Source of the DNA: Candidatus Chazhemtobacterium aquaticus
Lineage (GTDB): Bacteria; Patescibacteriota; Microgenomatia; UBA1400; Chazhemtobacteraceae
Length of the DNA stretch: 64,000 nucleotides
NCBI RefSeq assembly: GCF_009936135.1
Contig: NZ_CP047901.1
Location: 408,984-472,983, forward strand
Direction of reading: 5' to 3'
Position 1 is the stretch's first letter, and every line of letters starts with the position of its first letter. The notes below the pieces were generated by a model, which ran no database searches, was not told the DNA's origin, and was given only the letters and a program-made list of their open reading frames with translations. A program made the position numbers and the translations under genes. This document shows, one piece after another, positions 47,766-58,156 of the stretch.

Positions 47766-49304
47766 ATGGCCACTTCTTCCATTAAAACCCAACTCCGCCA
47801 ACTTCTTGTGCCAAAAACCTTTCTTCTTCTTATCTTTCTCTTCGCTCTCTACTTTCTCACTCGGCTGATTAACCTCGATGCCATCCCTGTTTTTGCCGAC
47901 GAAGCCATCTATATCCGCTGGGCCCAAATCATGAAGAACGAGCCAACCCTGCGTTTCTTGCCTCTCTCTGACGGCAAACAGCCTCTCTTTATGTGGCTAA
48001 TCATTCCCTTTCTTAAGTTTGTCTCAGATCCAGTCATCGCCGGCCGTCTTACCTCAGTTGCCGCCGGTTTTGGTACTCTAGTTGGCTTACTCGCCTTAGT
48101 TTGGTACATCACCCGTTCCAGGTTTTCTGCTGTCTTAGCCGCCCTCCTCTATATCCTCACTCCTTATACCCTCTTTTTTGATCGCATGGCTCTAGCTGAT
48201 AGCCTGCTTGCCATGTTCTCTGTCTGGTCGGCTTTCTTTGGTATCTTGCTTATCAACCACCCTCGGTTGGACTTAAGTTTATTACTAGGTTTTGTTTTGG
48301 GAGGAGCCTTTATCACCAAGTCACCCGGTCTCTTCTTTATCCTTCTTCAGCCCACATTGTTACTCATCGTTACCACCCGCCGCAAAACCCATTTCCTAAA
48401 AATTCTAAGTGGTTGGTTTATCGCCTTCCTGCTTGGATTCGCCATCTACAACATTCTTCGCCTAGGTCCCAATTTCCACCTTATATCCTCCAGAAACCTA
48501 GACTATATCTTTCCTGTCTCTGAAGCTATCACCCACCCGCTTAATCCCTTAACCGGCAATCTTAAGGCCACCTTCTCCTGGTTTACCCTGCTTCTTACCT
48601 GGCCTGTCTTCATTCTTCTTTTACTAAGTCCCTTTGCCAATGCCAAAAAATCTCCATATATCTTTGCCCTTATCTTCTGGAGCTTGCTCCCCCTCCTGGC
48701 CCAAGCCTTTGTTGCCAAGGTCTACACCCCTCGTTATCTGCTGTACATCATCCCTCTCCTCTTAGTCGTTACCACCATCTCACTCTCAGACCTAAGCAAA
48801 CGTCTTAAGCCTCGTCTATTTTCTATTCTATTAGTCGTGGTCTTCGCCTTTCTCGGGTTTTCCTCATTCACTCTGTTAACTAATCCCACCCAAGCCAGAC
48901 TGCCTGAACGAATGCGCTCCGGTTACTTCCGCGAGTGGACTGCCGGCTACGGCCTTAAAGAAATCGCCGCATATCTTGAACAACGCTCTCAGTCCGCCAC
49001 CCTGGTTGTTGGCACTGAAGGCTACTTTGGCACTCTGCCCGATGGTCTTCAGATCTACACCGAGGGCAAGCCCAACATCACCGTTATTGGCGTTGGCCAG
49101 CCAGTCACCAAGTTACCCGAATCCCTCCTGAACTCTCTTGAAGAACACGAGGTTTACCTGCTGGTTAACAACACCCGTAATCTGCTAACTCCGATTGAGT
49201 TAACCAAGCTAGAACCCATCGCCACCTATCCTCGCCTACCTCCTCTCTCAGGTGAGGCCGAGTATCTTGAATTTTTCCGACTCCACCCTCAGCCGGTTCG
49301 TTAA
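47766..49304 (+). CDS. GT-C glycosyltransferase, ArnT/PMT-like
   Basis: 'FADEAIY' first-loop motif in about 12 TM helices; soluble C-terminal domain. Confidence 0.7.
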   Translation: MATSSIKTQLRQLLVPKTFLLLIFLFALYFLTRLINLDAIPVFADEAIYIRWAQIMKNEPTLRFLPLSDGKQPLFMWLIIPFLKFVSDPVIAGRLTSVAAGFGTLVGLLALVWYITRSRFSAVLAALLYILTPYTLFFDRMALADSLLAMFSVWSAFFGILLINHPRLDLSLLLGFVLGGAFITKSPGLFFILLQPTLLLIVTTRRKTHFLKILSGWFIAFLLGFAIYNILRLGPNFHLISSRNLDYIFPVSEAITHPLNPLTGNLKATFSWFTLLLTWPVFILLLLSPFANAKKSPYIFALIFWSLLPLLAQAFVAKVYTPRYLLYIIPLLLVVTTISLSDLSKRLKPRLFSILLVVVFAFLGFSSFTLLTNPTQARLPERMRSGYFREWTAGYGLKEIAAYLEQRSQSATLVVGTEGYFGTLPDGLQIYTEGKPNITVIGVGQPVTKLPESLLNSLEEHEVYLLVNNTRNLLTPIELTKLEPIATYPRLPPLSGEAEYLEFFRLHPQPVR

Positions 49305-49320
49305 TTGGTAAAAAATTTAA

Positions 49321-51006
49321 ATGTCCCTACTCAAACGCCTTAAATCCTCCCGTCTTGCTATCCTCATCCTTCTTTTCGTTATCTCCATCCCTACTTTTAT
49401 CAAAATGGCCAGACCTGGCTACTTCCCCATGCATGATGATATGCAGGCCATGCGCGTCCTCCAGCTTGATCGCTGCGTTAATGATGGTCAGCTACCTTGT
49501 CGTTGGGTCCCGGACATGGGCTATGGTTACGGCTACCCCCAGTTTATTTTCTACTCACCCCTGCCTTACTACTCCATGGAGGCCTTTCACCTGCTTGGAT
49601 TTTCTTTGCTCGACTCAGTCAAGATTGTCATGAGCCTAGGCTTTTTACTAGCTGGTATGACCATGTACCTGCTTGGCTCCTCACTCTGGGGTAGAGCAGG
49701 CGGACTTCTCTCAGCCATCCTCTATCTCTACGCGCCATATCGTGCCTCCGATCTTTACTCTCGTGGAGCGGTGGCTGAGTTTACTGCCATGGTTTTCCTA
49801 CCACTAATTTTTTACGCCATCAGGGAATTTATCAAAACCAAACAAACCAAAAACTTAATCATCCTCTCCCTTTCCTATTCCGGCTTGCTCTTAAGCCATA
49901 ACCTAACCACGTTAGCCTTTACTCCCTTGGCCGCCATCTGGGGTCTTTTCTATCTCTACCATTACCGTCGTTTTCGCCTGCTTCCCCACCTTATCTTCTC
50001 CGCTCTTTTAGGAGTTGGCCTATCCGCCTTTTTTATCCTTCCTGCTTTCTTTGAAAAACCCTTTGTTCATTTAGAGACCATGACCGTTGGCTACTTTAAC
50101 TATCTAGCTCACTTTGTTTCCCTAGGTCAGCTTTTCTTCTCCTCTTTCTGGGGCTTTGGTTCATCCGAATTAGGTCCCTACGATGATCTTGGCTTTGCTA
50201 TTGGTACTCTTCACTGGTTCTTGCTTGGTATTGCCCTCATCTTTGCCCTGCTTCGTTTTCGCCGTCAGCGCCAATACGCTCTACCGGTTTTACTGCTTGG
50301 ACTTTTCTTTATATCCTCTGTCTTCATGACTCACCAGCGTTCCGTCTTTATCTGGAACAATCTGCCCTTCTTAAAATACTTCCAGTTTCCCTGGCGCTTC
50401 CTGGTCATCGCCACTTTTGCCTCCTCTGCAGCCGGCGGTAGTCTGCTTGCTTTCACCTCTCATCTACCCACTCGCAAATGGTTACTTATCACTCTTTCTT
50501 TCTTTGTTATATTGCTTAACTTTAATTTCTTTAAGCCCCAGTCCTGGATTAACATCACTGACCAGGAAAAGTTCTCCGGCCCCTCCTGGGACAAACAAAT
50601 GACCATCAGCATTTTTGACTACCTACCCATCTTCGCTAACATGCCTCCTTCTCAACCTGCTCCCAATCAGCCAGAGTTGCTTGAAGGTGCTGCCACAGTT
50701 ACCGACTACCAAAAGGGGAGTCACTGGCAATCAGGCAATCTTGAGGTTATCTCCAACCAGGCCACCATCCGCCTACCCCTCTTCTATTACCCAGGTTTTA
50801 CTCTCACTCTTGACAACAAAACTCACCCCTTAACCTACGACAATCCATTGGGTCTTATTACCTTTACCACTCCTCAAGGCAACCACTCCTTCCATGTCAA
50901 GCTTGAATCCACCCCGATACGCCGATTCTCTGATATCCTTACTCTAGCGTCTCTAGCTTGTTTAATTATTTTCTCAATCCGTGTTTACAATCAAAAAAAG
51001 AATTAA
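49321..51006 (+). CDS. Polytopic membrane protein, tandem paralog 1 (GT-C-like; N-terminal 'HDD..PCRWVPDMG' motif)
   Basis: About 11 TM helices, then a beta-rich extracytoplasmic domain and a terminal TM plus basic tail. Paralogous to the next two genes. Confidence 0.6.
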   Translation: MSLLKRLKSSRLAILILLFVISIPTFIKMARPGYFPMHDDMQAMRVLQLDRCVNDGQLPCRWVPDMGYGYGYPQFIFYSPLPYYSMEAFHLLGFSLLDSVKIVMSLGFLLAGMTMYLLGSSLWGRAGGLLSAILYLYAPYRASDLYSRGAVAEFTAMVFLPLIFYAIREFIKTKQTKNLIILSLSYSGLLLSHNLTTLAFTPLAAIWGLFYLYHYRRFRLLPHLIFSALLGVGLSAFFILPAFFEKPFVHLETMTVGYFNYLAHFVSLGQLFFSSFWGFGSSELGPYDDLGFAIGTLHWFLLGIALIFALLRFRRQRQYALPVLLLGLFFISSVFMTHQRSVFIWNNLPFLKYFQFPWRFLVIATFASSAAGGSLLAFTSHLPTRKWLLITLSFFVILLNFNFFKPQSWINITDQEKFSGPSWDKQMTISIFDYLPIFANMPPSQPAPNQPELLEGAATVTDYQKGSHWQSGNLEVISNQATIRLPLFYYPGFTLTLDNKTHPLTYDNPLGLITFTTPQGNHSFHVKLESTPIRRFSDILTLASLACLIIFSIRVYNQKKN

Positions 51007-52690
51007 AATCACTCCCTTCCGGCTTGGGTTACTTCTCACTATTCTAATTGCCTTATTAGCCAGTCTGCCTCTCTTTAAGTCTGGCTACTTCACCATGCAC
51101 GATGATGTTCAGGTCATGCGCCTTTACCAGATGGAACGCTGTTTCCAGGATGGCCAAATCCCCTGTCGCTGGGTGCCTGACATGGGCGGCAACTACGGCC
51201 ACCCCCTCTACAATTACCACCCCGTTTTTGCCTATTACCTTGGTACTTTCTTTCGCATCTTCGGTTTTTCTTTTATAGCCATCTCCAAAATCCTCTTCCT
51301 ATTAACCTTTCTGCTTCCCGCCATTTTCATCTACCTTCTCGTTAACGCCTTCTTAGGTGTCCCAGCGGCTCTTTCAGCAGCTGCCTTCTTCACCTTTGCT
51401 CCTTACCACTCTCTTGATGTCTATGTCCGTGGTGCCATGACCGAGTCCTGGGGTATCGTCTTTTTCCCGGCCATCTTCCTCTCCCTCTATCGTTTATCCC
51501 AAAAACCTAAAAAACCTCTCTACTTTATCCTCTCTACCTTAAGCCTTACCGGTCTTTTCCTGGCTCACAACATCATGACTCTACTTTTCACCCCCATTGC
51601 CCTTATCTGGGGTCTTTACTGGTTTATTTCCAACGGTAACTTAAAACACCTGCTTCGTCTTATATCCACTTTTGCTCTAGCCGTTGGTCTCTCTGCCTTT
51701 TTCCTGCTTCCCGCTTTCTTTGAACGCCCTTTAGTCAAGATCGATACTCTGACTACTGATTACTACAACTTCCGCCACCACTTTGCCTCTCTCCGCCAGC
51801 TCTTTCTTGATCGCAGCTGGGGTTACGGTCCTTCCCGTCCTGGCCCTGAAGACCAACTCTCCTTCCAGCTAGGTTGGCCGCACTGGTGGCTCTCTGTTGC
51901 CGGTCTTTTTGCCTCACTTATTTTGTTTATTAAAAAGCGTTCCTCAGTCCTAACCAGATTAGCTCTCTTTGCCTCCCTGCTGTACATGGCTTCTGTCTTT
52001 ATGACCCACGCCAAATCAGTCTACCTCTGGGAACTAGTTCCCTTACTTTCCTTCGTCCAGTTCCCCTGGCGCTTTTTAGGTATTGCTATGTTTGCCGGAG
52101 CCCTTCTTTTCGCCCTTCTCTTTGCCCTTATACCCTCTCGTCTCCGTTGGCCTATCTCTCTGCTTCTCTCCGTCGTCATAGTCGCTTTAAACTTTAGCTA
52201 CTTTACCCCCGAAAAGCACTTCCCCAATATGACCGATCAACTCAAACTCTCAGGTGAGGAGTATCGCATCCAGTCACTCGCCACCATCCTTGACTACATC
52301 CCCACCCAGGTCAAAGAGCATCCAAACACCCTAGCTCCTGCCCTACCTTGGGTAGTTGAGGGCGAGGCAGACATTAGCCAGTTCCGCAAACGTTCCAACT
52401 TCTGGCGTTTTACCGTCAACAACTCCAGCAATCAACCAGCTGTTGTCAGAGTCCCCGTCTTTGATTTTCCTCACTGGATCGTCTTACTTGATCAACAGCC
52501 CATTGAGTTTCATTCTAATAATCCTGGGGGAGTCATTGAGTTCACCATTCCTCCTGGTCAGTACACCGCCGTTGGTCGCTTCACCAACACGCCTTTAAGA
52601 TCGGCTGCCAATTTAATCACTCTCTCAAGCTTTGCCATCCTCCTTATCTTCACCATTCACACCGCCAAGAAGCATGAAAACAAAAAATAA
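50981..52690 (+). CDS. Polytopic membrane protein, tandem paralog 2
   Basis: 'GYFTMHDDVQVMRLYQMERCFQDGQIPCRWVPDMGGNYGHP' versus paralog 1 'GYFPMHDDMQAMRVLQLDRCVNDGQLPCRWVPDMGYGYGYP'. Confidence 0.6.
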   Translation: MFTIKKRIKITPFRLGLLLTILIALLASLPLFKSGYFTMHDDVQVMRLYQMERCFQDGQIPCRWVPDMGGNYGHPLYNYHPVFAYYLGTFFRIFGFSFIAISKILFLLTFLLPAIFIYLLVNAFLGVPAALSAAAFFTFAPYHSLDVYVRGAMTESWGIVFFPAIFLSLYRLSQKPKKPLYFILSTLSLTGLFLAHNIMTLLFTPIALIWGLYWFISNGNLKHLLRLISTFALAVGLSAFFLLPAFFERPLVKIDTLTTDYYNFRHHFASLRQLFLDRSWGYGPSRPGPEDQLSFQLGWPHWWLSVAGLFASLILFIKKRSSVLTRLALFASLLYMASVFMTHAKSVYLWELVPLLSFVQFPWRFLGIAMFAGALLFALLFALIPSRLRWPISLLLSVVIVALNFSYFTPEKHFPNMTDQLKLSGEEYRIQSLATILDYIPTQVKEHPNTLAPALPWVVEGEADISQFRKRSNFWRFTVNNSSNQPAVVRVPVFDFPHWIVLLDQQPIEFHSNNPGGVIEFTIPPGQYTAVGRFTNTPLRSAANLITLSSFAILLIFTIHTAKKHENKK

Positions 52691-54374
52691 CTGGCTGCTG
52701 TTTCTTCTCCTCACTATTCTCTTTACTCTGCCTGCCGTCTTTTCTCTTCTCTATCACCCCTTTTTCACCTTTCACGACGAGACACAGATCGTTAACATGC
52801 ACCAGTTTTTCAAGACTTTAGATTTAGGTCAGTTTCCGCCTCGTTGGGGTTTAGATTTCCACTTCAACTACGGCTCACCCTTTCCCGCTTTTTACTACCA
52901 GCTCCCATATTTCTTAGGCTACCCCTTCCATCTGGCTGGTTTCTCTTTGGTTGCTACCTTCAAGATACTTTTAATCCTCGGCTTCTTTGTTGCTGCCTTG
53001 GGTGTCTATTTCTTGGGTCTCCAGCTCACCACTCCTTTCTTAAGCCTGGTCGCCGCCGTCATCTATACATATACCCCCTACCGGGCAGTCGCCAGTTTTG
53101 TCAGAGGTTCACTAGGGGAGTCGTTTGCCCTAGCTCTCTTCCCCTGGGTCTTTTTGTTTACTTTAAGACTTTTCCAAAAACCCAACTTAAAACGAGCTGT
53201 CCTAGCCGGTCTCTCTTGGTCTGCCTTGATTCTGACTCATCAGCTGGCTACCGTCTTCTTCATTCCTCTCCTACTTGGTTTAAGTTTGTTTCTCTTGATC
53301 TCCAACCGTCGCCTCTTCTTCCCACTTATCACCACCAATCTGATTGCTCTCTCCACCTCTGCCTTTTATCTCCTCCCCCTGCTGGTTGATCGTTCTCTTA
53401 TCAAACCATCCAGTCCCTTTAACTTCTATGATCACTTTCCATTTCTAAAGCAGCTCATCTACTCTCCCTGGGGCTACCGTGCCTCGGTTTGGGGCATTGA
53501 TGATGGTCTTTCATTCCAGCTTGGTTTAGTTCCTCTCCTCATCCTTGTCTTTGTATATATCCTCACCATGTTAAAAATTAGGCGATACCAAGACAAACTC
53601 AATCGCAATATTTTCCTCTATCTGCTTTTAGCCTTCCCTGCCACTATTGCCTTAATGAACATCCGCACCTCTTTTTTCTGGGATGTCTTTCCCTTCACTC
53701 AGTTAGTTCAGTTCCCTTGGCGTTTGTTAATGATTACCACCTTCTTGGTCCCAGTCATCTTTCTTTTGACGACTCCTTTAATTCCCAAAAAACTATTCCT
53801 ACCTCTAGGCCTATTCTTGCTAGTAGCCTCTCCTCTCTCCACCATTCGCTTTTTCCAACCCGGAGAGATCTATGATCGGGATGACAACTACTATCTCCAC
53901 CGCTATCTTCCCAACCAAGCCCAAGGAGATGAGTATGAGGTCTCCTCGGCATACCTTGAACATACCGAGGATTACGTCTCCCTGCCTCTTACCGCCACCA
54001 GACCGACCAGTCTACCTGATCAGCTCTTAACCGCCAAGGATCCAGATACTCGCATTAACATCCTTGATGACAATCCTTTCCACACCCGCTTCCAGGTCTA
54101 TCCCTCCAATCAAGATACCTTAACCCTTCATCGTTTCGCCTATCCCAACTGGCACGTATATCTAGATGACCAATCAGTTAAGTACAATGTAGACGACCTT
54201 GGTCTCATCACTTTTGATGTTCCTTCTGGTTCTCACTTTGTCACTCTCAAGTTTGAAAAAACTCCTCTTCAGCAGTTATCTGATCTAGTTACCCTTGTTG
54301 GTCTGTCTGTCTCCTTTCTTCTCCTCTTTCTACCTGTGTCCAAGAAACAAACAAAATCAAGAACTAAGTCTTAA
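52674..54374 (+). CDS. Polytopic membrane protein, tandem paralog 3 (most divergent)
   Basis: 'HPFFTFHDETQIVNMHQFF..GQFPPRWGLDFHFNYGSP'. Start taken at 'MKTKNNWLLF'. Confidence 0.55.
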   Translation: MKTKNNWLLFLLLTILFTLPAVFSLLYHPFFTFHDETQIVNMHQFFKTLDLGQFPPRWGLDFHFNYGSPFPAFYYQLPYFLGYPFHLAGFSLVATFKILLILGFFVAALGVYFLGLQLTTPFLSLVAAVIYTYTPYRAVASFVRGSLGESFALALFPWVFLFTLRLFQKPNLKRAVLAGLSWSALILTHQLATVFFIPLLLGLSLFLLISNRRLFFPLITTNLIALSTSAFYLLPLLVDRSLIKPSSPFNFYDHFPFLKQLIYSPWGYRASVWGIDDGLSFQLGLVPLLILVFVYILTMLKIRRYQDKLNRNIFLYLLLAFPATIALMNIRTSFFWDVFPFTQLVQFPWRLLMITTFLVPVIFLLTTPLIPKKLFLPLGLFLLVASPLSTIRFFQPGEIYDRDDNYYLHRYLPNQAQGDEYEVSSAYLEHTEDYVSLPLTATRPTSLPDQLLTAKDPDTRINILDDNPFHTRFQVYPSNQDTLTLHRFAYPNWHVYLDDQSVKYNVDDLGLITFDVPSGSHFVTLKFEKTPLQQLSDLVTLVGLSVSFLLLFLPVSKKQTKSRTKS

Positions 54375-54388
54375 GCCCCTATTACCAC

Positions 54389-55624
54389 TTACTCAGTAAC
54401 CGTCACTGTCATTGCCAAACAGTGAGGTAAGCTTTTTAGTGGCTCCATGATCACACTGCGATTAATCAAATACAGGTCGTTTCTTTCCTGTCGCCCCTCT
54501 CTAAAACATCGATTAAAAGTTTCAGCGTACAGTTTTGCTAGATCCTGATTCGGACTTTCATATATCTCAAGTTCAAATATGGTTTGTCGCAATACCATCA
54601 ATTTATCCATTAGACTTGCTCCATACAAATCTTTTGATAGAGACATTAGCACTTCTTTTTCGATAACTAGAGCTTCTTTTTCTGCCTCAAACTTACCTCC
54701 TTTCATCCAATCAACTCCACCACTAAACCGTTTTAGCAGTGATACTACATGGCTCAACTCATGAATCAGTGACACAATCTGGTGCCTTATATTCCTCTTT
54801 CCATCGAGACTAATCTCAAATTGATCTCTCTCCTTAACATATCTCATCCAAGCACCATCACCACTGTTAAATTTAATCTCAACTCTGTTTCTATTTTGTT
54901 CAATCTCTTCATATTTATCAGCAAAGTAATCCACTGTCTGTTCTAGAGAGTCAAGAGGAAAATCATTTAATCTGCAGATCAAGCAGGGATGATTAAAGTT
55001 GCCATAAAACCAATCGGGTAAATTATTGATTGTCGGCAACCTATCACTGTACCCCTTAATTATCTTCTCAATGTTTTCCATAAAGTAGTGATAGTCATCC
55101 TTTGTCGCCCCAATACTCGTTAATCGAAAATCAACATAACTTAATCTATTTACTATTTTAACCAATCGAACCCGTGCATCTATCAAATTTACAAAGTTCT
55201 CCTTCATTTCAGTAACCGGTAAGTTCAACTTTTCCCATCTTTTTTCCCTATCCTCATATTTACCTGAAAACAACTGATCATACTTTTGAGGATCCAAAAT
55301 TAAATCACCCAAACCCTTAATCGAAAAATAGCTAGCCACAGATTTTGCGACCTCTTGGTGCAGCTTCCTATATTTACCCTGTTTGTTTATGTAATCAAGG
55401 CTGTATTGATTTAAGTTCTTTTCTAATTCCTCTCGTATCCAACCCGTCATGTACACTTCTTTTTTCATAACAGGTTCTTCCTCAAAGCCAAAGTATCTCT
55501 GTCGTGCGTCTTTAGCCGATTGAGTGATCATTGCCTTTAACTCGTCCTCATCAAACGATCTGTCCCACAGCCTAAACTTTCTCAAAAACTCCTGATATAT
55601 CTCATTACTTGCATCCATATTCAT
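54389..55624 (-). CDS. Cytoplasmic protein with gluzincin-like HExxH..E motif (putative metallopeptidase)
   Basis: 'LIHELSHVVSL' followed ~25 aa later by 'EAEKEALVIEKE'. No signal peptide. Confidence 0.4.
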   Translation of the reverse strand: MNMDASNEIYQEFLRKFRLWDRSFDEDELKAMITQSAKDARQRYFGFEEEPVMKKEVYMTGWIREELEKNLNQYSLDYINKQGKYRKLHQEVAKSVASYFSIKGLGDLILDPQKYDQLFSGKYEDREKRWEKLNLPVTEMKENFVNLIDARVRLVKIVNRLSYVDFRLTSIGATKDDYHYFMENIEKIIKGYSDRLPTINNLPDWFYGNFNHPCLICRLNDFPLDSLEQTVDYFADKYEEIEQNRNRVEIKFNSGDGAWMRYVKERDQFEISLDGKRNIRHQIVSLIHELSHVVSLLKRFSGGVDWMKGGKFEAEKEALVIEKEVLMSLSKDLYGASLMDKLMVLRQTIFELEIYESPNQDLAKLYAETFNRCFREGRQERNDLYLINRSVIMEPLKSLPHCLAMTVTVTE

Positions 55625-55711
55625 ATCCTACAACTTAAAAGTGTAAAGGGAGACAAACGGCTGTCTGCCTCCCCTTTGTATGTTCAGTCTGGCCTTGTTT
55701 GTTTTACTTGA

Positions 55712-55939
55712 TCACTTCTTCGGTGCTGGCGGATCGGGCGGTGGAGGTGGCACCAAATTTGAGTCTTGTGGGCAGCCCCCACTCGACCCCCGGCTGTAAT
55801 CACCCTCCGTCCGCTGATTTTCGCTGATTACGTCTGCTGGGGACTTGTGCAATCCTCCGCTGTTATCGACGTAATACTTCGTACCTCCGATTTCTACGTA
55901 CGTCATCCCTGTTTTGGGGTCACGCTTCTCGTCGGGCAT
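55712..55939 (-). CDS. Small hypothetical protein (75 aa) with Pro-rich basic tail
   Basis: ORF with '..PPPPPDPPAPKK' end; weak. Confidence 0.3.
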   Translation of the reverse strand: MPDEKRDPKTGMTYVEIGGTKYYVDNSGGLHKSPADVISENQRTEGDYSRGSSGGCPQDSNLVPPPPPDPPAPKK

Positions 55940-56048
55940 GTTACGCCTCCCTTTTCTAGTGTGCCAAACTGAACATCTATAATATAGATTATAGGTTCAA
56001 AAGAATCAACTTTATTCAAAAAATTATGTCTATCTCCACCAAAATTCG

Positions 56049-56609
56049 TCAAATTCTCTCGTTTTGCCTCTTCCCCACCATCACCATTCCGATACTACTG
56101 ATTAGAGCAAAGGCAGTTGCTGACATACTCACAATGGTTACATATCCGTAGCGTAATACAAACTGTTGTGTACACGAAGCCGAGTAGCCCGAAACAGAAC
56201 ACGGCACTATCTCCACTCCGGACACCTGAACATAGTAGTGGTACAAAGCAATGATCAAACCCATCAGACTCATTACCAGCATGTAGGGCAAGATGTTCTT
56301 ATCTTTTTTAAGGATTGCTAGACCCAAAATCAAAACCAATGGGTACATTAATATTCGCTGATACCAGCACAAGACGCATGGATCATATTTCGCCACCTCT
56401 GAGAAAAACAGACTTCCCGTCGTCGCTATTACTGCCATCAACCAAGCCAGTATCAATCCATTTTCTTCGATCCACCGATACACTAGTTCTGCCCCACCAA
56501 TCTTGACCCCTTTTCTTCTAAGTAACCAACCCAACCAACCCACTATTAACAATACGTCCACCAAAATTGTTCCTTGAGTTAGCGTTTCGGTTACTTCTTC
56601 AATCAACAT
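56049..56609 (-). CDS. dsbB: Disulfide-bond formation protein B (DsbB/BdbC family)
   Basis: Four TM helices; 'PCVLCWYQRILMYP' is the DsbB CxxC/QR motif, with a second Cys pair later. Confidence 0.7.
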   Translation of the reverse strand: MLIEEVTETLTQGTILVDVLLIVGWLGWLLRRKGVKIGGAELVYRWIEENGLILAWLMAVIATTGSLFFSEVAKYDPCVLCWYQRILMYPLVLILGLAILKKDKNILPYMLVMSLMGLIIALYHYYVQVSGVEIVPCSVSGYSASCTQQFVLRYGYVTIVSMSATAFALISSIGMVMVGKRQNERI

Positions 56610-56671
56610 CCTTCATATTTTACCTCATCACTTTTATCCTCATTTGGTCAAGAAACTGATAGAATCAAACC

Positions 56672-58156
56672 ATGTCCGAAAGCCAACCAGTGGAGCTTGA
56701 CCCCGGCACACCCGAAATCGATCTCCATCAGGTCAAGACCCGTTCTATCTCCGGTGTTCTCGCTCTCACCTCCAGAACTTTCTTAGTTCAGGTCATTTCT
56801 TTTATAGCCACTTTCTTTCTTACAGTCTTTCTCTCGCCCCAAGACTACGGCACTTTTTTCCTAGTCTCCGCTGTTGTCAACTTTCTTACCTACTTCTCTG
56901 ACATTGGTCTGGCTGCTGCCTTAATTCAAAAAAAGGACAAACTCACTCGTCAAGATTTAACCACCACCTTCACCATCCAGCAGTTCTTGGTTCTCTTACT
57001 TCTCTTTCTTCTTTTTGCCAACACCGGGTTTATTAGATCTCAATACCAGCTCTCCTCAGCCGCTATTTATCTCATGTGGGCCTTAGGCCTGTCTCTCTTT
57101 CTCTCCTCCCTTAAAACCATCCCCTCCATTCTCCTAGAACGCGATCTTCAATTTAACAAACTGGTTATACCTCAGATTTTAGAGAACCTTGTTTTTAATC
57201 TCTCCGCCGTTTATTTCGCCTGGAAAGGCTGGGGGATCAACACCTTCACTTTTGCCGTTCTAGCTCGTGGATTTACTGGCCTTATCGCCATTTACATTAT
57301 CTCTCCCTGGAAACCGGGCTTAGGTCTAAATCGTCACTCTCTTAAAAAACTACTCAACTTCGGCCTTCCCTACCAAGCCAACACTTTCCTGGCAGTCATC
57401 AAGGATGATGGTATGACACTTTTCTTAGGCAAACTGATTGGTCAAACTGGTTTGGGTTACATCGGCTGGGCCTCTCGCTGGGCCAACATGCCCCTACGCT
57501 TCTTCATGGACAACATCACCAAGGTCGCTTTCCCCGCTTATGCCAGGGTTCAACATGACCCCCAGGTGCTTAAAAAAGGTATAGAGAAAACTATCTTCTA
57601 TCTCGCCCTGGTTTCCTTCCCTGCCTTTGTTGGCATGGCCGTTTTAGCTCTTCCTTTAGTCAACACCATTCCCCGCTATCAAAAATGGCTACCTGCCTTA
57701 ATCCCTCTCTATCTCTATCTCTTTAATGCCGCCTGGGCTACTATCTCCACCCCTTTAACCAATGCCCTTAATGCCATTGGCAAAATCAAAATCACCTTTA
57801 AATTAATGATCATGTGGACAGTTCTCACCTGGGCCCTCATGCCTTACCTAGCTGTTAAGTTAGGTTTCGTTGGTGTCTCTCTGGCTGCCGCCATTATCGC
57901 CACTAGCTCCATCATCGTCATGTATGTCATCTATCGCTTGGTCAAAGTCAACTTTATCCAATCCTTGCTTGCTCCCACCTTGGCTAGTTTCTTCATGGGC
58001 TCAGCCCTGCTTGTGATCACTCCATACCTCACCTCCCTGCCTCGCATCATTGTCACTATCTTTGCTGGAGCCTTCATTTACTTCGTCTCCCTCTACCTTC
58101 TTCAGGGTAAGCAACTCTTTCTTGATCTCAAGAATCTTATTAAACCCAACCGATGA
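56672..58156 (+). CDS. Wzx-like oligosaccharide flippase (MOP/PST family)
   Basis: About 14 TM helices; the N-terminal 'FLVQVISFIATFFLTVFLSPQDYG..LIQKKD' pattern is typical of polysaccharide-biosynthesis flippases. Confidence 0.7.
   Translation: MSESQPVELDPGTPEIDLHQVKTRSISGVLALTSRTFLVQVISFIATFFLTVFLSPQDYGTFFLVSAVVNFLTYFSDIGLAAALIQKKDKLTRQDLTTTFTIQQFLVLLLLFLLFANTGFIRSQYQLSSAAIYLMWALGLSLFLSSLKTIPSILLERDLQFNKLVIPQILENLVFNLSAVYFAWKGWGINTFTFAVLARGFTGLIAIYIISPWKPGLGLNRHSLKKLLNFGLPYQANTFLAVIKDDGMTLFLGKLIGQTGLGYIGWASRWANMPLRFFMDNITKVAFPAYARVQHDPQVLKKGIEKTIFYLALVSFPAFVGMAVLALPLVNTIPRYQKWLPALIPLYLYLFNAAWATISTPLTNALNAIGKIKITFKLMIMWTVLTWALMPYLAVKLGFVGVSLAAAIIATSSIIVMYVIYRLVKVNFIQSLLAPTLASFFMGSALLVITPYLTSLPRIIVTIFAGAFIYFVSLYLLQGKQLFLDLKNLIKPNR

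Noticed and set aside
52844-53389. ORF 52844..53389(+), 181 aa
   Set aside because: It is an alternative frame inside tandem paralog 3 and gives a Cys/Leu/Pro-rich product of the low-complexity kind that C/T-rich coding strands produce.
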